Positions 26,690 to 36,429 of a stretch of 64,000 nucleotides of DNA are shown one piece after another. The stretch is taken from positions 88,288,001-88,352,000 of the forward strand of contig OY740788.1 of NCBI GenBank assembly GCA_963514005.1, written 5' to 3'. This stretch comes from Raja brachyura. Taxonomy: Eukaryota. Within the stretch, counting starts at the first letter, position 1, and every line of letters begins with the position of its first letter. The notes under the pieces were generated by a model. That model was not told the DNA's origin and did no database searches. It saw nothing but the letters and a program-made list of their open reading frames with translations. The position numbers were made by a program, and so were the translations under genes.

Positions 26690-27990
26690 GCTTCCTAGTT
26701 CAGTCGTGTCTGTACACATGGAACATCATGTGAACAAGTGTGAACATCATCCGGTCACTGTCTAATTTATTAACTGAGTTTCACTCGCCACTTTGCTGTC
26801 TGACCCGCTAAATGCTTCCAGGATTTTCCTTCAGATCTGATTCTGCTTTTATATATAACTCTGAATTCTCCCATCTGGTTAAAAGTGCAGATCCCTCAGG
26901 ATTACCAAGGATTGCCATTTGACACACTCAGTGAAGCATGGAACTTCTCTATCTCTTGCTTTACAAAGTTATCGCATATTTTGTGTGCTCACATTTTTGG
27001 AACCTAATGAAATGAAATCCTTCCTGCAAATTAAATGGAGGCAATATCCACAAAAGTTTCATCATCATCATCACTGACAATGAGGGAGAAGTTGCCGTCT
27101 TCGGTAGCCGGACGCGGCGCCAACAGACAAGAAGCTGAAGCAAAGAATCTGAAGCGTGAGAGAGAAGAGGAGGAGAGAGAGGAGGAGAGAGAAGAGGGGA
27201 GAGAGAAGGGAGAGAGAAGGGAGAGAGGGATGGGGGAGAGAGAGAAGGGGTAGACGGGAGTGTGGGGTTCATTTTCCCACACAAGCCATAGGTGACTGGG
27301 CAATCTGAACCCAAGCACCAAGTTGAAAGCGGTCGAAGGTGTACATCCCTCGGGACAGCCCCCACTCTCCCACGGCCACCCTCCGCGGGCTGCGGGTCGG
27401 GTGGAGCGGAGTTTTGGGGTAATGTTCATGCCTTCACGGTGATGTGATGGACGTGGGGGTCTGGGCCAATCGCTGACAAGTCCCGCCCCCAGCAACGCCA
27501 TGTCCGTTACTGGACTTTTCTGGTGAGCGGCAGTCGGTCCGTTGGCCTGTAGGCGCCGCCGCCTTTCGGGTAGGTGGCGTATCGACTGAGCGGCCATTCG
27601 GTAAGTTTGCATTGAAGCGACGCAGCCTTTAGGTTCGTGGGCGTTTAGGCGTCCCGTCCTTTCGGTTAGTGGACGTTTCATCTTCGGACTCTTTCGGTTC
27701 ATTCGCGTTTCGGCCTCGTTTCTATTCGGTTCTTTGGCTTCGGATTCTTGTCTGTCGCCGCGTCTGCACACGCTCGTCTTCAAGCCATATTACTGAGCTC
27801 TCTATCTCCTTCCCCAATGGCTGTGAAACAGACTGTGATTGCTGACAAGACTCTCAACTGTTCATGTACCAAGTCTCACATTTCTGCTCTCATTCCCTCT
27901 CCATCCACCCAGAACAAGGAAAGGTTCCCCTTGTCCTCATCTCCCACCTGTCAGTTCCACATTGTTAATGAGGGTTTTCCCATAGAGCAA
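26690..27990 (-). repeat. Copy B of the inverted segmental duplication
   Basis: The reverse complement matches 2766-3096 plus 4904-5140. It lacks the Rex1 and carries its own 672-bp insert. Confidence 0.85.
27103..27774. mobile_element. Non-autonomous TIR (MITE-like) element with target-site duplication
   Basis: cgtcttc is duplicated at 27096-27102 and 27775-27781. Imperfect inverted ends read gacgcggcg..acagacaagaa..gaagc.aaagaa. The empty site is visible in the paralogue at about 2947-2953. Confidence 0.75.
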
Positions 27991-28582
27991 TTGTGGCAAA
28001 GGACCTTGGCTTAGAATAGCAGATTCCCACTGGTCACAGACCTCCATCCAGAATATCTTCCTTCCACGTCCCTGTGTCTTCTATGATTAATCCATTTCTG
28101 AATGCATATGACCAAGTCATCGTGACATCCAGACATCTTCCATTTGTGGGTCAGCTTATCATGAGAGAACTTGTCAAAAGCCTTACTAAAATCCATGCCT
28201 ACAACATCCGCTGCCTAACCTTCATCAGTCAATAGTGCAACTCCAGTACATTTACCTCCCTCTACCACACCTGAAACATCAAAAACCTGGAACGTTAAGC
28301 TGCAAGTTATGTCCTGTTTGATAGCTTTGATATCTGTAGATCCTACATACTGAATAGGTTCTATATCAGTTCTTAAACTAATTCATTATCTATTTCCAGG
28401 CTTACTAAAAATGTTCTCATTCGGATAACAATATTGATTAGTACGGGTGTCAGAGGTTATGGGGGAGAAGGCAGGAGAATGGGGTTGGGAGGGAGAGATA
28501 GATCAGCCAGGACTTGATGGGCTGAATGATCTACTTCTGCACCTATCACATGATCACTTATGATATAATCACTATGATATAA

Positions 28583-31105
28583 ACTAGACTTTAAAGTAGA
28601 AAGGCTGGGGAGAGGGACAGGAAGAGGGAGCTAGGGGACAGGGTGTGGGGCAAGAGGCTGAGAAGGGAAGCACTCGGACCCAAAATGTAGGCGAGAAAGA
28701 GGAAAAAGATAATAAACAGAGAATAAGGGATGGTGGGTTTCTAAAATGTGTATATTTTAATGCTAGGAGCATTGTAAGAAAGGTGGATGAACTTAGAGCC
28801 TGGATTGATACCTGGAAATATGATGTTGTGGCGATCAGTGAAACATGGTTGCAGGAGGGCTGTGATTGTTAACTAAATATTCCAGGATTTTGTTGCTTCA
28901 GGTGTGATAGAATTGGAGGGACCACAGACCAGTTAGTCTAACATCGGTAGTGGGGAAACTGCTAGAGTCAGTTATTAAAGATGGGATAGCAGCGCATTTG
29001 GAAAGTGGTGAAATCATTGGACAAAGTCAGCATGGATTTACGAAAGGTAAATCATGTCTGACAAATCTGATAGAATTTTTCGAGGATGTAACTAGTAGAG
29101 TGGATAAGGGAGAACCAGTGGATGTGTTATATCTAGACTTTCAGAAGGCTTTCGACAAGGTCCCGCATAAGAGATTAGCATACAAACTTAAAGCACACGG
29201 TATTGGGGGTTCAGTATTGATGTGGATAGAGAACTGGCTAGCAGACAGGAGGCAAAGGGTAGGAGTAAACGGGTCCTTTTCAGAATGGCAGGCAGTGACT
29301 AGTGGGGTGCCGCAAGGCTCAGTGCTGGGACCCCAGCTATTTACAATATATATTAATGATTTGGACGAGGGAATTCAATGCAACATCTCCAAATTTGCAG
29401 ATGATACCAAGCTGGGGGGTATAGTTAGGTGTGAGGAGGATGCTTGGAGGCTGCAGGGTGATTTGGATAGGCTGAGTGAATGGGCAGATGCATGGCAGAT
29501 GCAGTACAATGTGGATAAATGTGAGGTTATCCACTTTGGTGGCAAAAACATGAGGGTAGACTATTATCTGAATGGTGGCAGATTAGGTAAGGGGGAGATG
29601 CAACGAGACCTGGGTGTCATGGTACACCAGTCATTGAAAGTAGGCATGCAGGTGCAGCAGGCAGTGAAGAAAGCAAATGGTATGTTAGCATTCATAGCGA
29701 AAGGATTTGAGTATAGGAGCAGGGAGGTTCTACTGCAGTTGTACAGGGTTTTGGTGAGGCCACACCTGGAGTACTGCGTACAGTTTTGGTCTCCAAATCT
29801 GAGGAAAGACATCCTTGCCATAGAGGGGGTACAGAGAAGATTCACCAGACTGATTCCTGGGATGTCAGGACTTTCATATGAGGAAAGATTGGATAGACTC
29901 GGTTTGTACTCGATGGAATTTAGAAGATTGAGGGGGGATCTTATAGAAACCTACAAAATTCTTAAGGGGTTGGACAAGCTAGATGCTGGAAGATTGTTCC
30001 CGATGTTGGGGGAGTCCAGAACAAGGGGTCACAGTCTAAGGATAAGGGGGAATTCCTTTAGGACCGAAATGAGGAAAACATTCTTTACACAGAGAGTGGT
30101 GAGTCTCTGGAATTCTCTGCCACAGAAGGTAGTTGAGGCCAGTTCATTGGCTATATTTAAGAGGGCGTTAGATGTGGCACTTGTGGCTAAAGGGATCAGG
30201 GGGTATGGAGAGAAGGCAGGTACGGGATACTGAGTTGGATGATCAGCCATGATCACATTGAATGGCGGTGCAGGCTCGAAGGGCCGAATGGCCTACTCCT
30301 GCACCTATTTTCTATGTTTCTATGTTTCTATGACCAGAGGTGGAAGTGTTACATTGCTTGTCAGAGAAGATATTACAGCAGTGCTTTGGCAGGATAGATT
30401 AGAGGGCTCGTCTAGGGAGGCTATTTGGGTGGAACTGAGAAGTGGGAACGGTGTAGCAACACTTTTAGGGGTGTATTATAGACCGCCAAATGGGGAGCGA
30501 GAATTGGAAGACCAAATATGTACGGAGATAGCAGATATTAGTAGTAAGCACAAGGTAGTGATTGTGGGAGATTTCAATTTTCCACACATAGACTGGGAAA
30601 AACATTCTGTAAATGGGCTGGATGGTTTGGAGTTTGTAAAATGTGTGCAGGATAGTTTTTTGCAGCAATACATAGAGGTATCGACCAGAGAAGGGGCAGT
30701 GCTGGACCTCCTGTTAGGAAATGAGGCAGGTCAGGTGACGGAGGTATGTGTTGGTGAGCACTTCGGGACCAGCGATCACAATACCATTAGTTTCAATATA
30801 ATTATGGAGAGAGTCAGAACTGGACCTAGGGTTGAGATTTTTGATTGGAGAAAGGCTAACTTTGAGGGAATGCGTAAGGATTTAAAAGGAGTGAATTGGG
30901 ACATTTTGTTTTATGGGAAGGATGTAGAAGAGAAATGGAAGACATTTAAAGGGGAAATTGCAAGAGTACAGAATCTTTATGTCCCTGTTCGGTTGAAAGG
31001 AAATAGTAAAAATCGGAAAGAGCCATGGTTTTCAAGGGAAATTGGACACTTGTTTCGAAAAAAGAGAGATATCTACAATATTTATAGGAGGCATGGAGTA
31101 AACAC
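28583..31105 (+). mobile_element. CR1 ORF1/ORF2 junction and APE region, hosting a nested CR1
   Basis: CVYFNARSI..ISETW precedes the nested element. GVYYRPP, GDFNFP and SDH follow it. Confidence 0.88.
28925..30331 (+). mobile_element. Young nested CR1 with an open 427-codon RT ORF
   Basis: ORF 28950-30233 is uninterrupted, followed by a (TTTCTATG)n tail. TSD gacca lies at 28920-28924 and 30332-30336. Confidence 0.95.
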
Positions 31106-31109
31106 TGCT

Positions 31110-31345
31110 TCTATGTTCTCCCACTTCTCATCCACTCCCTACACAATAGAGGCAATTTACAGAGGCCAACTAACCTACAAACTCGCACGTCTTTGGAATG
31201 TGGGAGGAAACCGGTGCACCCGGTGGAACCCTTGTGGTCACACAGGGAGAACATGCAAACTCCACACAGACAGCACCTGAGATCAGGATTGAAGCCGGGT
31301 CTCTGGCTCTGTGAGGCAGCAGTCTTCATGCTCCAACGTGGCACC
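31110..31345 (-). mobile_element. V-SINE, reverse orientation
   Basis: tgtgggaggaaaccgg...gggagaacatgcaaactccacacagacagcacc is the reverse complement of the V-SINE core. Confidence 0.75.
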
Positions 31346-32210
31346 CACATTTGATGAAGTAAAGGGAAGCATTTGGCAGGCAATGGCAAATGAAAACAGG
31401 AGAGACACTTGGGTATAAAGAGAGCAAAAGACTACTTTCAATATAAATTAGGATAGGAAAGGGACAAGAATAAATATCACTGACAGTCCAAATTAAGGAG
31501 AATCCCAAGGATTGAACAATTGTATTAGAGTAAGAGGGTAACCAGGGAAAGAGTAGGAGCCAAGGAACGTGAGGCTGTTACAAAGAACAATGGGGACCCG
31601 GCATGGGGGGGACGGTCGTGAGGGACGGTGGGAGAACAGAGTGGGAACTGGTGTGTGGGGGCACTTTAGTTTTAGAATCCTCTTCTGCGTTTGTTTGTTT
31701 GTTGTTTGTCCGTTCGTTCTGGTTAAGGCGCTGTGCACACGGCAGCCAGCCAACACTTTTAATTTCAAGTATTTGTGTACCTTGTGTGTTGTGACTGTTG
31801 GCAGACCAATTTCCATCCGGGGATGAATAAAATGTTATTGTATCGTATCGTAAAAGTGCTGCCAGATGCTGTGAAGTTTTGTATCTTCTGCCCGACAGGA
31901 GAGGGGACAAGTAGGAATGACAGGGGAGTGAATGGTCTTTCACGATGTTGGTTGCTTTCCCGAGGCAGCGTGGAGTGTAGGGTAGAGTAATTGCCAAACT
32001 AGGCTGTGATGTCATCAATAGGATGCTTTATGTGGTCCATGTGTAGACATTGGTAAGAGGTGTTGGAAGCATGCTGAATTTCCTTAGTCTGCTGTATCTG
32101 ACTCTGCAACAGAATCTTACATGTACTAAATGAATGTTACTAGAACTGCCAGCTTTGTTCCTGATTTACTGCTCAGTTTAACACACTGTGTACAGTCAAC
32201 ACACACTTAC

Positions 32211-32274
32211 ATGGAGCAGGATTTAACCTTTGATATTCAGTGTTTGTACTTTAGAGCTGTTGCTTTTACCAAAG
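32211..32274 (+). CDS. Candidate leader exon of the VJ-type IgSF gene (MEQDLTFDIQCLYFRAVAFTK|G)
   Basis: ATG at 32211, then 21 codons plus 1 nt, then a phase-1 donor AAG|gtattc. A 183-nt intron joins it in frame to V1. The peptide is only moderately hydrophobic. Confidence 0.4.
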
Positions 32275-32457
32275 GTATTCTTTGTCATTTCAGTGCAGAG
32301 TGAAAGAGCGAAGCTCAGGAGAAAACTAAAGAGTTTACAAATTGAGGATACATGTGCAGAACATTCATAAATATCCAACAGCTTTCATGCTGCCTTGTGT
32401 TTACAATTATGTTTGTGCTCATCATCTGTTCTGATCTTTGGTTGTTAATACCCACAG

Positions 32458-32820
32458 GTCTAACGGCAAACACATCCCTGATCCAATCCCCAGGAGCTCT
32501 GGTGGTGCGTGAAGGTGAAACAGTGGAGATACGGTGTGTCCTGAACAGCACCGATGTGAATTACATTGTGAAAATATACGACGTTCACTGGTACAACTCA
32601 AGTAATGAATTAACTGATAAAGGAATCAAACTTACTCTTTTTGTCAATGGCCAAACTTACAGGTCACCGGGCTTCTCCGAGCGATTTCAGCTTTCCAGGG
32701 ACGACGCCAGTAACAGCTTCTCACTGACCATCAGAGAGGTGAAGATTGCCGACTCTGCTGATTACATCTGTGGCATTTGGGGGTATATATTTGGAAATGG
32801 AACCCAGCTGAATGTAACCA
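32458..32820 (+). CDS. Ig V-set exon V1, germline-joined VJ type, intact
   Basis: Acceptor cccacag| and donor acca|gtgagt, 363 nt, phase 1/1. Translation SLIQSPG..GETVEIRC...VHWY...PGFSERF..S.D..SNSFSLTI..V...DSADYICGIWGYIFGNGTQLNVT has the B-strand Cys, C-strand Trp, DxAxYxC and FGxG. Confidence 0.92.
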
Positions 32821-33517
32821 GTGAGTATTTAAATTGGTTCTATTTCCAATCCTAACATCACGAGGAATCATGATGTCATGTTGTCAGTTTTACAGAGACA
32901 GACATCATTAGAAGTTCACACTCCAAAATGGAGAATGAAAATAGGCCACAATTATCTTTTAACTGAATAATGCAGATCACTCGGCACTGCGTTCTGAGAC
33001 CAGGATGGAGAATGTAATTTGACATTGCCAGAGAGATACACATAGTGTGAACAGATGAATGTAAAGAAATTACAGTATCGGTAGATTAGTTTCTTCATGT
33101 GGAATCACTTTGCTTGAGTTTAGTTTATTGTCACGTCTACCGAGGTACAGTGGAAAGCTTTTGTTGCCTGCTAACCAGTCAGCGGAAAGACAACACATGA
33201 TTACAATCGAGCCATCCACAGTTTATACACAGTCACTGTTAGTTGCACCATCTGCCACACTGAGATCAATTACTCGATGGTCAGCATGGGCTCAGTGGGC
33301 TGAAGGGCCTGTTTCCATGCTGCATCTCTACACTAAAGTAAACTACACATTACCACCTCAATGATCTATCTGTACTATTTCCATACATTCTTATTCCTCC
33401 AATATACAGAGATCTGCTTATCTCTGTGTAGAGCGCAACAAAGGGCTAAATACACGACTAAACAAAGCTAAATGAAAACTGAAATCCCCATTGTGAGGCA
33501 ACACCTCCCAACACTGG

Positions 33518-33550
<33 letters not shown>

Positions 33551-34074
33551 CGTGTTTTCTTCTCAGCTCTGCAGTTGAGAAGGATTGAAGCAGCCTTTCA
33601 AGGATTTTGTCGTTGGAGAGGGCACAGACCCAGGGGGGCTTCATAGTTCAACTTATTGTTGGGCTGTTGAAGCTTTTCTCTGGTCTGGGGAGCCTCCATC
33701 TGTGTGAAGATTCCTGAATTTCTCCACATTGTCGAGGGTGCGGTTGGCGTTGGCGGATTGCCAAGAGTGCCTGTGATCTCCGTGGGCTGAAGTTGTGCGG
33801 TGTCTTTGTCGTTTTTGGCTCCGCTTCTCTGCCCTAAAGTCATTTTGCTCAGTGCGGCTGCCTGGCTTAATGTGAAGAAGGTACTTTTGCGTCCAGCGCG
33901 ACTGGGATCGAGTTTCCCGTAAGCTGCTCTTGGCTGTGGACGAACCTGGGGACTTTCCTGCTTCAGCTGGAGGTTTCTGTTTTCTGCTGCCTGTCTTTGA
34001 CTGTGACTGTCTCTGGGACTTAACTTGGAGCTGTGCTGCTGAGGGGCTTGGAGCTGGTTTGTGCCTCTGTGAGG

Positions 34075-36429
34075 ATGGCGATGGAAGGGGCGCGGCCGAA
34101 GGTCCGGACCTACGCAGCGACGGCATCAGTGGCGGGTGCGAGGCCATCTGAGCTTGAGCCTCATGTTGACTTGGATGGGGACAGTTTTGGTATTTCTGTT
34201 CAAACTGGGCCTATGATGTCGAGGGGGGTAATTACGAAGGCCATGAATGAACTTCTTGGGAGGGGGGCTATTGTCTCTTCTGAGCTCGAAAGGGGAAAGG
34301 TGGAGATGATACTTAAGACCCGGGAGTGTGTGGCCCGAGCGTTGGAGGTGGGGATCTCACTGGGGGGGGTCCACGTACAGGTGGATCCGTGGGTATCCAG
34401 GGTGAGACCGGTTCTCCTGCGGAGCTGCCCCACTTATTTTTCGGATGCAGTGCTTATTCCACACCTGTCCAAGTTCGGGGAGGTGCGGTCTAAATGTTTT
34501 CGTCTCTTGCATCCCGGGGGGGACCCGGAGGAAAAAGGGGTCTTCAGTTTCAAGAGGAGGGTGTTCATGAAGGTGGGTGAGGGGGATGGTGCCGAGGGGA
34601 GTTTTGAGGTGGTGCATAAGGGTGTACCCAGAACCGTGCGTTGGAGTTGGGGCAAGGCACGGTGTCATGCGTGCGGCGAATTTGGACATCTCCGTAGGGA
34701 GTGTCTTTTTCGCGGGGGCACTGCTAGAGGTTCTAGTGCAGTGGCCCAGGAAAGCGCTGCTGGCCCATCTGGGGTGGCTGGTCAAACCTCAGCGGCGCGG
34801 GGTGGTACTGCTGACCCGGCTGAGGTTGCCAGTTCTGCCTTGGTGACCCGGGGCGGCAGTGCTAAGCCTTCTGGGTCCAGAGGTTCCGCTTTGGGGACCC
34901 TGGGCAGTGAGAGCCCAAGCCCCCCACGTCCCCTACGTCTTGCGCCTGTGGCGGTGGATGGAGGTGGGGCGCAGGAGGAGGGGAGTGTTGAGGGGGGGTT
35001 TTGGGAGAAGCAGGGGAAGCATAATAAGAAGAAGGAGAGGGATAGGGCCGCCCGAGCGAAGAAAGTGCAATCGGGTGTGTTTAGCTCCAGTGTGGTGCAG
35101 ACTGCACCTGCTGGGGCTCAGGGGGGAGTTGTGGTGGCTCGGAAGGGGGGAAAGAAGCCTAAACGTGTGGGTGGCAAAGTGGTTGGGGGTAATGTGGAGG
35201 CGGATGACCCTTCCCTTATGGAGGTTACCGCACCTCCGCATGCGAGTGGGACTAAAAGGAGGCATCTGCCTGGTGAAGAGGAGGAAGGGCGTGGGTCCAG
35301 AGCGAAGGGGATGTCTTTCTCCGGGCTTTCCACCACTGAGGTGGCTGAAAGTGGTCTTGACCCGGTGTCTTCTGGGTCGGTGGTTGGGCCTTCTCTTCAT
35401 GGATCTACAGCGGGTGTCACCGGACTGGGTGCTGAAGTTGATTCCGGTGGAGTTGTGTCCACTGGGCGGGAGTCTGTCCCTTCATCTCAGGGGCCCTCTG
35501 AGGGAGTTATCTCGGCGGATGCTGTGGTTAGCTCCCTTGGGTGTGTACCCTCTGGGTCGGATGAGGTCCCCTCGTTTCAGAGGCCTACTGAGGGTGCTAG
35601 CACGGTAGGTGACGTGGTTGGCTCCTCTGGTAGTGTGCCCTCTGTGACGGGGGATGTGCAGAGTCAGGCTGAGGGGGGAGCTTCGGGGGTGTTGTCGTTC
35701 AAGTCTGTGCTCCATATCAGTGCCAGTGGAGGTGCTGGGGGGCGGGATGCCTCACCGGATGAGTTGTCTGGGGTGAGGTTAATGGCAGGTGGTGATTCTC
35801 TGGGTGATGCCTGTGGAGAGGGCACTCTGGATGATGTGGAGGTCAGGGCTGTTATGGGACGTGATCCTCTTTCAGACTCCGAGGGTGCCAGTGTTCCACA
35901 GGCCCTGGGGATGCCTCTTGTTGTTGCTTCCCCAGGCCCAGAGGAGGAGGGTGATGGTAGCGTGCAGGAGCCCAGCCATTCAGAGGGCTGCGAGTCTCAG
36001 GTAGGGGTGTTGGGACCCACCCCCAGCATTGATCCGGGTGGTCGTGTCATGGCTGTGGAGGAGGACAGCGATGCGGCCAGTGGGGGGGGCACAGAGAGTG
36101 ATGTGTCAGACAGTTCTGGTCTTTCTGAGGTTGTTGATTCAGGTGCGAGCGGGTTGGCTGAGAGCCCAGACTCCAAGGCCGTGTCTGAGGCGAAGCTTAT
36201 TGTTGAGGTGCGAGAGTTCTTAAAAATAAGTCGTGCTCCCAAAACATTATGGTGTGCTGCTACAAGGAGATGGGAGGATGTTCTAGATGTGAAGGAGAGT
36301 CTCGAGGCTATCCTTAGTAACAAGGATAGTGGTCTTTCTGACTCGGATTTGGGGCAGTTTTGGGGTTTGTTGAAGGTCCTCAGAAAAGGACCTCCTGTGA
36401 CTACAGGGAGTGTGAGGGTCACAATCTAA
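34075..36429 (+). CDS. Tx1 ORF1p (gag-like, zinc knuckle, long Ser/Gly-rich region)
   Basis: Open frame from ATG 34075 with a CX2CX4HX4C knuckle (CHACGEFGHLRREC). Confidence 0.85.
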   Translation: MAMEGARPKVRTYAATASVAGARPSELEPHVDLDGDSFGISVQTGPMMSRGVITKAMNELLGRGAIVSSELERGKVEMILKTRECVARALEVGISLGGVHVQVDPWVSRVRPVLLRSCPTYFSDAVLIPHLSKFGEVRSKCFRLLHPGGDPEEKGVFSFKRRVFMKVGEGDGAEGSFEVVHKGVPRTVRWSWGKARCHACGEFGHLRRECLFRGGTARGSSAVAQESAAGPSGVAGQTSAARGGTADPAEVASSALVTRGGSAKPSGSRGSALGTLGSESPSPPRPLRLAPVAVDGGGAQEEGSVEGGFWEKQGKHNKKKERDRAARAKKVQSGVFSSSVVQTAPAGAQGGVVVARKGGKKPKRVGGKVVGGNVEADDPSLMEVTAPPHASGTKRRHLPGEEEEGRGSRAKGMSFSGLSTTEVAESGLDPVSSGSVVGPSLHGSTAGVTGLGAEVDSGGVVSTGRESVPSSQGPSEGVISADAVVSSLGCVPSGSDEVPSFQRPTEGASTVGDVVGSSGSVPSVTGDVQSQAEGGASGVLSFKSVLHISASGGAGGRDASPDELSGVRLMAGGDSLGDACGEGTLDDVEVRAVMGRDPLSDSEGASVPQALGMPLVVASPGPEEEGDGSVQEPSHSEGCESQVGVLGPTPSIDPGGRVMAVEEDSDAASGGGTESDVSDSSGLSEVVDSGASGLAESPDSKAVSEAKLIVEVREFLKISRAPKTLWCAATRRWEDVLDVKESLEAILSNKDSGLSDSDLGQFWGLLKVLRKGPPVTTGSVRVTI

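Noticed and set aside
30249-31280. 343-aa ORF as a novel gene
   Set aside because: It is a chance in-frame fusion of a CR1 3' UTR, the host CR1 APE region and an antisense SINE.
32152-32190. CACTGTG upstream of the leader as a J-type RSS
   Set aside because: No acceptable nonamer at 12 or 23 nt, and no J segment follows.
32352-32457. Hydrophobic in-frame extension upstream of V1 (MFVLIICSDLWLLIPTG) as a same-exon signal peptide
   Set aside because: It coincides with the T-rich intron end and a good cccacag acceptor, so it is more likely translated intron. It cannot be fully excluded without cDNA.
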